Shown here piece by piece: positions 8,855-18,542 of a DNA stretch of 64,000 bases (the first letter of the stretch is position 1; the number at the start of each line of letters is the position of its first letter). Where the stretch lies: the NCBI GenBank assembly GCA_009774215.1, contig VSNH01000002.1, positions 7,062 through 71,061 of the forward strand, read 5' to 3'. Source of the DNA: Lachnospiraceae bacterium. GTDB taxonomy: Bacteria > Bacillota > Clostridia > Lachnospirales > Lachnospiraceae. The position numbers and the translations under genes are program-made. The notes beneath the pieces are model-generated. The model saw only the letters and a list, made by a program, of their open reading frames with translations. It searched no databases and was not told the origin of the DNA.

Positions 8855-11347
8855 ATGGGATATACCTACAGATTATCCGAAAACACGGGAGAAAAAACAG
8901 AAGGAAAAGCAGCGTACCATCTGGAGAGCCTGCAGGGGATGACGACTTATCAGCTTAGGGAAATCTGTCAGAAAGAGCGGCTGGTGGTTCCCATGGGCAG
9001 CCGGATGGAGAGGGAGGAGCTGATCCGCTTTATCATGCGCTACCGGGGAATCCGCGAGCACAGACACATTACGGGAGATACAGAAGGGGGAATCGAAAGG
9101 CTTCAGAGCTTTCTGGATAAGGTGAAACTGCAGGAGGAGAAGTTTCAGATTGCCTGCCCGGCGCATCTGGTTCTCTACGAGGATGAGGGAATAGAGCTGA
9201 CGGATCACTACGAGGTGACAGGGAATTTTCCGATGTATGAGGGAAATCTCCTTCTGGTGGACGAACGGAACCGCATTTATACCTGCCTGTATCTGAGACA
9301 GGGAGAGGGAGGAAACTTTTTTCTGTTAAAGGGGGCTGACGTCCCGGTTTATCAGACGGAAAACCATAAGTTCTCGCTTTTGTATTTCAGACGGGAGGAG
9401 ATTTCCGAACTTTTATATGAACTGTATTACGGGAAGCAGGGCACCATTCCCAGCCGGATAAGCTGTATCAGAACACCGCTTTTAGCCGTAGATCTGCGGC
9501 CCACGGAGGAGACGGCCCTGCCGCTGATCATAGATTTCGGGAGCTCCAACACGACCATGGGACGGTACGATAGCGATGGCAGCGTCAGGATTGTGCGTGT
9601 GGCGGATACGGAGGGGGAGCAGTACCGGGAGAGTGAAATGATTCCAAGCGTGATCGGGATAGCCGGCGTAGAGGATAACGAACCGGTTTACCGGTTCGGG
9701 TACGCCGCAAGACATCTGGCGGCGCTTGCCTACCATGACGAGGACTGCCCTGTGTTTTACGATATCAAGCGCTGGGTGAGCGCGCCGGAAAGAGAGCAGG
9801 AAGTGATTACCGGGGACGGCATTAAAATCAAGGTGCGGCGAAAAGACATGCTTTCCGCCTTTTTATCCTATCTGATCCACACGGCGCAGCAGCAGTTTAA
9901 GTGCCGTTTTACCTGTATACAGCTTCTGACGCCGGTCAGGCAGAAAACGCGTTTCGAGGAGCTGTTTGGGGAACTCCTTCCGGATTACCGGGTGGAATGT
10001 GTATTGGATGAAGGGATGGCGGTTCTCTTCCATAGTATCAACGAGCTGATTCTGGCAGGAAAATATGCGGAAGGCGTGTGGTATCAGGCGCTCATCATGG
10101 ACTGCGGCGGCGGAACAACAGATCTGACAGCCGGAAGGTTCCGCATACGCAATAACCGGGTTTCCTATGAGGTGGATCTGGAGACCGGCTATGAGAACGG
10201 CAATACGAACTTTGGCGGAAACAACCTGACATTCCGCATACTGCAGCTTTTGAAGCTGAAGCTGTTGGAAGCGCTCGGGGAAGAGAAATTCCGCTTTGAA
10301 ACGTCGTTTTCCTTAAAAGACAGGGAGGCGCGGGAGCGGCTGGACCGTATGTACGGGGAGGCAGAGGAAGCGCTTCCCACCCGTTTCGCGGAATATGAGC
10401 GCAGGGGCCGGGAGGAATATTTCCGGGTTAAAAACAACTATTACTATCTGTTTGGCGTTGCGGAGACAATCAAGGAGAGCTTTTTCCAGAAAGCCTTGCG
10501 GTACGAGCTGAAAACGGGATGCGGGGAAGAAGTGCCGTTAGACAAGTGGCGGATTTCCATCAGGGAGAACGGACGGCTGGTATCCTGCAGGCGGGATTTT
10601 TCCGTACTGTTTTATCTGTATGAAATAGAGAACCTACTGCGGCTTGACATCTATGAGCTGATGGCACGGTTTCTGGAAAAACCTTTTATGAATGGGGAGC
10701 TGTCGGAGTATGGGATGCTTAAGCTGACGGGTCAGTCCTGCAAATCCAGCCTGTTCACTGAGGCGCTTAAGGAATTCGTACCGGGGCGGCTGATTCGGAA
10801 CGAGCGGGATTTAGAGCATGGAACCGAACTTAAGATGTGCTGTCTGGAGGGGGCGATCAGCTATTTTAAGAACCTGAAGCTGGGATATATGAAAATCAAC
10901 CAGAAATACAGGGTGAATGCGCTGCCCTATGAGGTGACGGCGTACACCCATGAGAATCAGGAGAAAATACTGATCCACAGTCTGCGCAAGGAGCAGGATA
11001 TCGGATGTATTTCCCGCTTTAAGATCGGAGAGCAGCTGGATCTCTATCTCAGGGATGAGACGGGACGCAGGCTTACGGCGTATCACTTTGGCTATGACGT
11101 TTCTTCTTTTATTCATGTGACACAGGAGAATTTTAATGAACAGTATACGGGCACGGTGATTCAGGAAGAGACAGACATTATCGTGGAGGGCGAGATCAAA
11201 TTTTTCGTCTGGCCGGCAAGGGACAAATGGGGTTTCATCGTACTGCCCGTGCTGCGTGAAAATGACCTGCTCAAGCGGGGAGAGGAAACCTTCTTCGCAT
11301 TTGAGGATGATACGTGGGAAGAGAATTTCTTTGACGGAAGGAAATAG
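8855..11347 (+). CDS. Hsp70/actin-fold ATPase-like protein with N-terminal extension
   Basis: IIDFGSSNT, MDCGGGTTD, FGGNNL, LTGQSCK phosphate/adenosine motifs. Confidence 0.8.
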   Translation: MGYTYRLSENTGEKTEGKAAYHLESLQGMTTYQLREICQKERLVVPMGSRMEREELIRFIMRYRGIREHRHITGDTEGGIERLQSFLDKVKLQEEKFQIACPAHLVLYEDEGIELTDHYEVTGNFPMYEGNLLLVDERNRIYTCLYLRQGEGGNFFLLKGADVPVYQTENHKFSLLYFRREEISELLYELYYGKQGTIPSRISCIRTPLLAVDLRPTEETALPLIIDFGSSNTTMGRYDSDGSVRIVRVADTEGEQYRESEMIPSVIGIAGVEDNEPVYRFGYAARHLAALAYHDEDCPVFYDIKRWVSAPEREQEVITGDGIKIKVRRKDMLSAFLSYLIHTAQQQFKCRFTCIQLLTPVRQKTRFEELFGELLPDYRVECVLDEGMAVLFHSINELILAGKYAEGVWYQALIMDCGGGTTDLTAGRFRIRNNRVSYEVDLETGYENGNTNFGGNNLTFRILQLLKLKLLEALGEEKFRFETSFSLKDREARERLDRMYGEAEEALPTRFAEYERRGREEYFRVKNNYYYLFGVAETIKESFFQKALRYELKTGCGEEVPLDKWRISIRENGRLVSCRRDFSVLFYLYEIENLLRLDIYELMARFLEKPFMNGELSEYGMLKLTGQSCKSSLFTEALKEFVPGRLIRNERDLEHGTELKMCCLEGAISYFKNLKLGYMKINQKYRVNALPYEVTAYTHENQEKILIHSLRKEQDIGCISRFKIGEQLDLYLRDETGRRLTAYHFGYDVSSFIHVTQENFNEQYTGTVIQEETDIIVEGEIKFFVWPARDKWGFIVLPVLRENDLLKRGEETFFAFEDDTWEENFFDGRK

Positions 11348-11350
11348 CTT

Positions 11351-12637
11351 ATGGCGGACATGGAGGAAATGATCAAGGAGGAGATCAGCCGGATTGGCGG
11401 CCTCAAGGAGAGGGTGGTATTCAAAGATGTGATCGAGCGGCTGTTTTTGTCGCTGTATGAGACCAATCAGGAGATGTATCGGGAACTGGAAAGCCGCATT
11501 ATGGACGATCTCGTGTTCGACCTGAATCGTTACCAGATCACCATGGGAATCATGGAAAGGGAATACCTGGATCCGTCGCACCATCTGCTCTCGCCCATGA
11601 GAGAAACGGATATGACGGTACCGGCGTATGACATTCCGGAGATGACGCGGCAGCTTGGTGAGGAGGGGCGGAGCCTGGTCAGAACGTATTTTATGGAATA
11701 TGACTATCTGGGGATACAAAAGCTTCTGGACAAGGAGCGGATCGGGGGAAGGATCTATACGGATGTGGGTGACTATCCGGCAGAGTTTACCGTAGAAAGA
11801 AACGAGGCGTATCTGCGGGAGATCAGCCATCTGTACGAGGTGTTTGTCAGCAACGGCGTTCCGTGGCAGACCGTGAACGCCCCCTATTTGTATAAGTTTG
11901 TTGACGTGTATCTGGTAAAGCTGCCGGAGGAGCTCACACCGGCGCAGAAAATTTTAAAGATGGAGCCGGATCTGGAGGAGTTTTCGCAGTGTGCCCATGA
12001 CGACTATGTCCCCATATGGAATATCGGGAAGCTTAAGATGGACAGCGTGGGATTTCCCGTTCCCTGCGAAGATCATAAAAGCTATGAACACACCATCTCG
12101 ATCAGGGAGCACGGAAACGAGCATGTCTACCTGATTGACGACACGGCGCATATTTACAGCGTATGCCAGAGAGAAAACAGGCTGATGATTATGGGGGAGG
12201 AAGCGGAGGCGCGCAAATGGCAGGTATACATGATAAGGAACGGATCAAACCGCCGTTTTGACCGCTTTACCTATCCGCTTATGACCAACCAGAGAAAAGA
12301 TGAATTTCTGGAGAGATTCGGCAGGAGGCAGGGGCGGAGAGTCCGGACGGAAGCCGAGCTTGCCAGATGGATACAGGGCTACGGGATGGAAGAGTATGTG
12401 GCCTATGAGGGCTATGAGATACTGGACCGCGCAGGCAGCGCGGAAATCACGGAGACTTATTCCATGAATGATTTTATTCTGGACGAGATACGGGAAGACG
12501 AATATGAGAAGCGGCTGGTTCTTCTGTTCCGGAAGAAGAGCGCGCTGACTTTTCTGCTGCGGGATATCATGAGTTTTCTTGTTTCGGAGGTGCAGCTTAT
12601 GTACGGCGAATACAGGTGCGAGGGACGACTTTTATGA
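11351..12637 (+). CDS. Conserved hypothetical, candidate baseplate subunit (TssF/gp6-like)
   Basis: 428-aa coupled ORF; function inferred from position only. Confidence 0.4.
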   Translation: MADMEEMIKEEISRIGGLKERVVFKDVIERLFLSLYETNQEMYRELESRIMDDLVFDLNRYQITMGIMEREYLDPSHHLLSPMRETDMTVPAYDIPEMTRQLGEEGRSLVRTYFMEYDYLGIQKLLDKERIGGRIYTDVGDYPAEFTVERNEAYLREISHLYEVFVSNGVPWQTVNAPYLYKFVDVYLVKLPEELTPAQKILKMEPDLEEFSQCAHDDYVPIWNIGKLKMDSVGFPVPCEDHKSYEHTISIREHGNEHVYLIDDTAHIYSVCQRENRLMIMGEEAEARKWQVYMIRNGSNRRFDRFTYPLMTNQRKDEFLERFGRRQGRRVRTEAELARWIQGYGMEEYVAYEGYEILDRAGSAEITETYSMNDFILDEIREDEYEKRLVLLFRKKSALTFLLRDIMSFLVSEVQLMYGEYRCEGRLL

Positions 12638-13329
12638 ATTATCTGTGGGAAATACTACTGCAGGCGAAGGCGCAGGGAATGGCGGAGGAGGACATACAAT
12701 TCCGGCAGGCCCGATCTTACAGTCCTTATATAGAACTGGCGGAAGAGTTCCTGAATATCACAAGGCTCGAAGAGCCGTGTCTGGTGGAGCTCAACCCGAA
12801 TTACAGGTTCCAGAAGGTGTTTCAGGAGCTGTTCCACCCGGATGTGACGGATTATCCGGCGCTGAGGGGCGGCCTGTTTCAGCTTCTGATCCATCAGATC
12901 GGGGAGAACGATATCCGCGCGGGGATGACAAGGGAGGAATACTACAAGAAAATGCTGGGACGCGCCTTTGCAGACGGAGATTACGGGGCGGGGAAAAAGG
13001 AGGCATACGCACTGTTTCAGGGAAGTGAGCGGGAGATCCTGCTGGAAGGCCTACTGACCATGTACCGGGAAGGGGACAGCATAGAACTGTTCCGCCGTGT
13101 GATGACAGCCCTGATACCGCGGTGCATTGTGTATGGCAGCAATGACAATCCTTATGAAATTCTGATCTATGTCGGCAGGAGACAGACGGAAATGCTGGAA
13201 AAGAAGGTGCAGTTTGTCATAGCGCATTTTTTGAATATCCGGTATCAGCCGGAGTTATATTACGAGTACCATTTCGGGATCATCGGGATGGAGGAGACGA
13301 TGCAGGTGGGAGAGATCGCCATCTGCTGA
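12634..13329 (+). CDS. Conserved hypothetical, candidate baseplate subunit (TssG/gp7-like)
   Basis: ATGA overlap with previous gene; function inferred from position and size. Confidence 0.4.
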   Translation: MNYLWEILLQAKAQGMAEEDIQFRQARSYSPYIELAEEFLNITRLEEPCLVELNPNYRFQKVFQELFHPDVTDYPALRGGLFQLLIHQIGENDIRAGMTREEYYKKMLGRAFADGDYGAGKKEAYALFQGSEREILLEGLLTMYREGDSIELFRRVMTALIPRCIVYGSNDNPYEILIYVGRRQTEMLEKKVQFVIAHFLNIRYQPELYYEYHFGIIGMEETMQVGEIAIC

Positions 13330-13343
13330 CGGGAGGAAAGCAC

Positions 13344-14117
13344 GTGTTTCGGTACGAATATCCGATCTTTGAACATAAAAACCTGCTAAAGAAAAGTATG
13401 CTGGACGAGCTCAGGGATTACCCCTTAAGCCTGAGCCGCATGTACTTTTCGGGATACGGCGACGGTATTTTGGAAGGGTGCGGTTTAAGCTGGGAACAGG
13501 ATGTGCTGCATTTGGGAGCGGGACTGCTCCATTACCGCGGAGATATCTATCGGATGGAGGAGGCCTGTCCGCTGGAATGCAGCGCCACGGATCAGCTGAC
13601 TTACCTGAAGGTGCGTTTTGCTGCCATGGATTACGAACGGGGGAAGCGCGGCGGCATGGGAGAGATCCTGTTAAGCAATGCGCCGGCGGAGAGTGGGGAG
13701 ATGGAGCTTGGGCGGTTCCGCTTACAGGAAGGGGCAAGACTGCGGACGGTATATGAGAATTTCGAGGACTATCAGACGGAGTACGACACGGTAAACCGTA
13801 TTCATGTCCCCTATGCCGGACCGGGAGGAGCGGGACTGTGGCCGCAGCTTCTACGAACCTATGCGAAGGAGCTTTTAGAGACGGGAACCACGGATGTGTA
13901 TGACGTCGGCTTCGCGATGGCGGTGCTGGGGGCGGACGGGCAGGCGTCGCCTATGTGCATCAAGGCCTATCTGGCAGGAGCGGGAGAAGAGACGGGTGAG
14001 CAGTTCTCTAACGGAGAATGCTATAGAAAGCTGCTGCATATCCTGAGAAACCGTAAAAGCGGCGGGACGGGGTGGAAACAGCAGGAGAGTGTCAGGGGAC
14101 AGATGATTTTGCTGTAG
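13344..14117 (+). CDS. Conserved hypothetical, candidate TssK-like baseplate protein
   Basis: GTG start after GGAGG; N-terminal YGDGILEGCGL pattern as in phage baseplate/TssK-type N-termini. Confidence 0.4.
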   Translation: MFRYEYPIFEHKNLLKKSMLDELRDYPLSLSRMYFSGYGDGILEGCGLSWEQDVLHLGAGLLHYRGDIYRMEEACPLECSATDQLTYLKVRFAAMDYERGKRGGMGEILLSNAPAESGEMELGRFRLQEGARLRTVYENFEDYQTEYDTVNRIHVPYAGPGGAGLWPQLLRTYAKELLETGTTDVYDVGFAMAVLGADGQASPMCIKAYLAGAGEETGEQFSNGECYRKLLHILRNRKSGGTGWKQQESVRGQMILL

Positions 14118-14159
14118 AAGGGATAGCTGATTTTGTTAGAAGAAAGCAGGGGGGTATAG

Positions 14160-14669
14160 ATGAAATATTTTGAGATACAAGATGCACCGGAATTGAAATA
14201 TGCACCAAGATTGGAACAATGGTACGGTAAATTTGATGTTCGGGATATTGGAATCAGCACATTTCCCAAACTGCCGAAAAGACAACTTTTTATTATTGAA
14301 CCGTCTGAAAAGACAATATATACAGATTTTATTTTGTTTCCGTTTCTATTGCTGTCTTTTAAAGTGATAAATGTTATAAAGATGTACAGGGAGATTTGTT
14401 TCTACAGGGATGTAATCCTGTTGGATCAGATTAGTGGGAAATCGGAATTATATCATCTGCCAGTCTTTGATGAAACAAATAAGCTTTTTGTTAGAGAAAA
14501 GCGGGAAACCAGATCGGGAGAAGAAGTATATGTGGATAAACACATTTTCTGGGTTCGCGATTCCCTGAAACGCCATACCATAATCTCTCTGGATTTAGCG
14601 GAAAGTCTGATTAGGAGGGGAGTAACCGGTTTGGGTATCAGAGAAGTCGATTTATTTATGAGCGAATGA
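14160..14669 (+). CDS. Hypothetical, Imm11/DUF1629-like
   Basis: DFILFPFLLLS..HIFWV..IISLDLAESLIRRGVTG pattern. Confidence 0.45.
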   Translation: MKYFEIQDAPELKYAPRLEQWYGKFDVRDIGISTFPKLPKRQLFIIEPSEKTIYTDFILFPFLLLSFKVINVIKMYREICFYRDVILLDQISGKSELYHLPVFDETNKLFVREKRETRSGEEVYVDKHIFWVRDSLKRHTIISLDLAESLIRRGVTGLGIREVDLFMSE

Positions 14670-14683
14670 GGAGGGGCACGAAA

Positions 14684-16075
14684 ATGAGAGAAGAACGTAT
14701 AGTAGTTCATCCATTTGAGGAACTGAGGGTCGAAGAATATCGAGGATTTCAGCAGATAAACGAGCATGCGACCGTAAAGATTTCCGGACAGATTCCTTAT
14801 GAAAAAAAGGAGGAGTATATGAGGAACTCAGGACGTGAACTGTGGGTTCGGGTGGCAGCTGTTACGTCAGAAAGCGCGGAAACCATTTTGATGAATGGCG
14901 TTGTGGAAAGAATAGAGATGCAGATAATTGGTAGAACCTGCAGAATGAAACTGGAGATTGCCTCCGGTACGGTTCTGATGGACTGTGAGAAAAAGACGCG
15001 TAGTTTTCAAGATACGGGGTTTTTGTATAGTGATATATTAGATGTCTGCGATGGGCAATATGATGCGGCGGCAAGGATCATGACCGTGGCAGATGGGAAG
15101 AGTACAGGGCAGTTTATCATGCAGTATCGGGAAACCGATTGGAATTTTATAAAAAGACTAGCTAGTATGAACCATACAGTTGTAGTGGCAGACTGCCGTA
15201 TTCATGGAGAAAAATATTATTTTGGACTACCGAAGATGGATAATAAGATTTCAGGTGACACAGTGGAATACTCTGCCTGCTGTGACATGGAGGAATACTG
15301 GCACAAAAAGGAATGCGGGCTGAATGTCACTCCTTTGGATACTACATTTTATATATGGAAAAGCAGGGAGATATACCATCTGGGAGAATGTGGGGTGGTC
15401 GACGGTCATCAACAGTTTATTTGGAAAATTGAGACGAAAATGAAAGGAAGCGAACTGCATCATACTTACTATATGCGTACTAAGTCTGGCTTTCAGGTTC
15501 CGCTATGGTACAATACAAGTGTTTCCGGGGCATCGTTGCTGGCTGTTGTTCGGGGAGTCAAAGAGGAAAAGGTGCAGATGGAAATCCTTGAGGATGAAAA
15601 CAAGCAAGGTGCGGGGGTGTACTGGTTCCCCTATGCTACGGTGTATTCCACACAGGACGGAACCGGATGGTACTGTATGCCGGAAATAGATGATAAGATT
15701 AGGCTTTATTTTCCTACAGAAAAGGAACAGGATGCTTATGCTGTTAGTGCTTACCATGAAGGCGGGGCAGGCCTGCGGAATATGCCGGAAAAGAAATTCT
15801 GGAGAAACAAGGAAGGGAAGGAAATTCAGCTTGCACCGGATAAAATACTGGTGACAAATAATAATGGAACTTATATTGAACTGTCGGACGCAAATGGCGT
15901 AGAGATTGTGAGTAATGGAGCAGTTACCTTATCTGCCGGAGGGATGCTGAGTATTTCAAGCAGGAATTCAACGATCGAGTTCAGTGCACCCCAAAAGGTC
16001 AAACTGAAACAGGGAGATACTATGATGGAGCTTGGAGGTGATTTAAATTTGAGCGGGGCACAAATTAAGCTGTAG
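14684..16075 (+). CDS. VgrG/gp27-gp5-like spike protein 1
   Basis: QYRETDWNFIKRLA, OB-fold WFPYATVY..GWYCMPEIDDKIRLYFP, C-terminal beta-helix-like repeats. Confidence 0.8.
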   Translation: MREERIVVHPFEELRVEEYRGFQQINEHATVKISGQIPYEKKEEYMRNSGRELWVRVAAVTSESAETILMNGVVERIEMQIIGRTCRMKLEIASGTVLMDCEKKTRSFQDTGFLYSDILDVCDGQYDAAARIMTVADGKSTGQFIMQYRETDWNFIKRLASMNHTVVVADCRIHGEKYYFGLPKMDNKISGDTVEYSACCDMEEYWHKKECGLNVTPLDTTFYIWKSREIYHLGECGVVDGHQQFIWKIETKMKGSELHHTYYMRTKSGFQVPLWYNTSVSGASLLAVVRGVKEEKVQMEILEDENKQGAGVYWFPYATVYSTQDGTGWYCMPEIDDKIRLYFPTEKEQDAYAVSAYHEGGAGLRNMPEKKFWRNKEGKEIQLAPDKILVTNNNGTYIELSDANGVEIVSNGAVTLSAGGMLSISSRNSTIEFSAPQKVKLKQGDTMMELGGDLNLSGAQIKL

Positions 16076-16090
16076 CAGCTTGGGAAAGGT

Positions 16091-17368
16091 ATGGAAATAA
16101 ATATGGAGATAAAAATAGCTAATGGAATTTTAATGGAAAGCGGTCTTCCGTTTTTAGGAGTGGAGAGGTTTGAGTTTGAATGGAAGCCGAATGAACATGC
16201 ATTCCTAACCATGAGGGGATACCTGAATGAAAAAGAAAAATACCATTTAGCAGAAGCATATGGCGACAAAATCAAACTGAAGCTTGAAGAGGGTGGGGTT
16301 ACACTTTTTTATGGATATTTAGTAGATATAAGAGTAGATCACGTGGGAAATACCAGAGAGATTAAGCTTAAGGCAGCGTCTGGATCTTTCAGAATAGACA
16401 GGAAGTTGGAATCGGAGTCTTTTCAGAATCAGGAAGAGTCTTATGCCGAGATAGCACAAAAGACGGCAAAAGGTGCTGGAGCTCGCGTTATCTGTACAGA
16501 AGGAATCGGCATATCTATCGGAAAGCCGGTTATTCGGTATCAGGAAACTGCATGGCAATTTATTGAGCGTCTTGCCAGTGGCTTGGGAACCTGTATTGTT
16601 TCGGATATTATGACAGGAGAGCGGGATTTTTGGTTCGGGATGCGGAATGGAGAAAGTATTCCCTCACTGGCAGGAGAGGAATATACTGTGGATATCTGTC
16701 GTGAAAGGGATGGAGGGAAAGTAACGACGATTTATAAAGTCAAAAGCAGAAAATTTTATAAAATCGGCGACAGGACGACCTTAAATGGTGTGGAATGGAA
16801 AGTTTGTGGAGTAAAGGCAGTTTTTCAGAAAGGAGAGCTTACCTTTCGGTATTTGTTGAAGCAGGAGGAAATTATAAAGCCGATTTATCTGGATTGTTTT
16901 GCAGGATTAGGGCTGAAAGGAACAATTGCAGAAGTTAAGAATGAACAGGTAAGGATTGTGCTGGATATTGATGAAGGTCGTGAAACAGGACAGTATTTTT
17001 ATAATTGGTATCCGGAAACCGGGAATAGTCTTTATGCTATGCCAGAACCCGGAACTCGTGCGGTTTTGTGCTTTGGAGAAAGAGAGGAGCGGGAAGGGTT
17101 TGCCATGCACAGTCTACCTAATACTATGAAAGGATTTCGGTATTATAGAAACAGGCAGTTAGATACTAAGGAAGGAAATATGTTACACTTAAATGAGCAA
17201 AGTATAGCCATTTCAAAAGAGGGGAGCAGATCAGTTTGTATTTGCAATGGTCTAATTTCAGCGAATAGTGTGGGAAAATTCCGTATTTGTGCAGAAAATG
17301 AAGTGAGAATGTCAGCAAAAAGAATTATTATGAGATCACCAGATGAAGTAAATATTTGTCAGGAATAG
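16091..17368 (+). CDS. VgrG-like spike protein 2
   Basis: SFQN..SY, RYQETAWQFIERLAS, YAMPEPGTRAVL motifs parallel to spike 1. Confidence 0.75.
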   Translation: MEINMEIKIANGILMESGLPFLGVERFEFEWKPNEHAFLTMRGYLNEKEKYHLAEAYGDKIKLKLEEGGVTLFYGYLVDIRVDHVGNTREIKLKAASGSFRIDRKLESESFQNQEESYAEIAQKTAKGAGARVICTEGIGISIGKPVIRYQETAWQFIERLASGLGTCIVSDIMTGERDFWFGMRNGESIPSLAGEEYTVDICRERDGGKVTTIYKVKSRKFYKIGDRTTLNGVEWKVCGVKAVFQKGELTFRYLLKQEEIIKPIYLDCFAGLGLKGTIAEVKNEQVRIVLDIDEGRETGQYFYNWYPETGNSLYAMPEPGTRAVLCFGEREEREGFAMHSLPNTMKGFRYYRNRQLDTKEGNMLHLNEQSIAISKEGSRSVCICNGLISANSVGKFRICAENEVRMSAKRIIMRSPDEVNICQE

Positions 17369-17379
17369 GAGTAATGTGT

Positions 17380-17955
17380 ATGGAATATTTTGACGAGGAT
17401 ATTTTGGAAGCAAAATTGGAATTGGAAAAGCAGAGGCATACTACACTGGATACAGGAATCTATGCAGGGGATGAATTGATTACTTTTGTACAAATTACAC
17501 TGCCGAATTCCAAAATCCGAATGTTTCTGCCGGAACAGTTTATTGTCATGCCGGATATTGTAAAAGATGTAAAATATCCGTCAAAAGACGCTCCCAATTA
17601 TATTATTACAAGTCTGAGTAGTATGGTGAATTTTGGGTTTAATATTCTTCCTGTGTTTTTGGAGACTGAAGACATAAAGGAGATGAGTAGTCAATTCCAG
17701 AAGGCTTTACATAATGTTAATCCCTCCATCAGAATTAAAAACCATGAAAATGACCTTGTAACTTACCGTGGAAATGAGATGTGTTGGTTTGATTTTAAAG
17801 GATATGCCATAGATGGTCAGAATTATAACAGGATGTATCTGGTAAGAATGCAGAATAATGTCCTTCACGGAGTTTTTAATTGTCCAATGCAGTATAAGGA
17901 GCAATGGGAAGACATTGTAGAACAGTGCTTTTTGTCAATAGAGGAGGATATATAG
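17380..17955 (+). CDS. PsbP/DcrB-fold protein, candidate Eag-type effector adaptor
   Basis: Lies between VgrG and PAAR-effector; LPEQF..KYPS..GVFNC..W pattern typical of DcrB/PsbP-like proteins. Confidence 0.5.
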   Translation: MEYFDEDILEAKLELEKQRHTTLDTGIYAGDELITFVQITLPNSKIRMFLPEQFIVMPDIVKDVKYPSKDAPNYIITSLSSMVNFGFNILPVFLETEDIKEMSSQFQKALHNVNPSIRIKNHENDLVTYRGNEMCWFDFKGYAIDGQNYNRMYLVRMQNNVLHGVFNCPMQYKEQWEDIVEQCFLSIEEDI

Positions 17956-18542
17956 ATATGTCAAGTTTTGATCCACATGGTTTTTGGCTGTTTGGAAATG
18001 ACGGGACAAGGGATGAGGAAGAGCAGGAGAAAGAGCACCAAGAGGAGTTGTGCAGATTGATGGAACAATATCATGCATATTTGGGCATTCTCAAGGAAAA
18101 GGCTTATGTTTTTAGAGGCAGTAAGATCGGTTGTCAATATGGAACAAAAGAAAACGTTTTAATAGACATATATAAAGATTATGGTGTAGTATGGGGAATG
18201 ACTCAGTTTCCGGTTGTAACAATCGAAGATTGTAGGCCGGAAAATATCCATCATTTTGGATACTGCAAATGTCCTGAAACACAATACGCTGGTCGATTGC
18301 CTATGACTAAAGCGAGTTGGGGGGACGGAGAAATAACAGAGGCAGAGAGGGGCAATATATTTCCCCATATCTGTGTTCCGCTAATTAAAAAGGAGCAGAA
18401 ATGGAAACAAATAGACGAAGATTTGCTGATAGAAGTAGGACAGAAAAAGGTAGAACCCGCATTATTGGATGATGCAGTCTTGGTCTGTCAATATGGTGGT
18501 ATCATAAGGATAGTGGAAGTGCCGGATGTAATAGAAGAGGAA
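17842..18542 (+). repeat. Copy 1 of ~700-bp direct repeat (adaptor 3' end + PAAR-like coding region)
   Basis: Long identical blocks shared with 20404-21102. Confidence 0.9.

Noticed and set aside
8855..11347. Housekeeping dnaK
   Set aside because: Only the ATPase motifs match; long N-terminal extension, no canonical substrate-binding domain, no grpE/hrcA context
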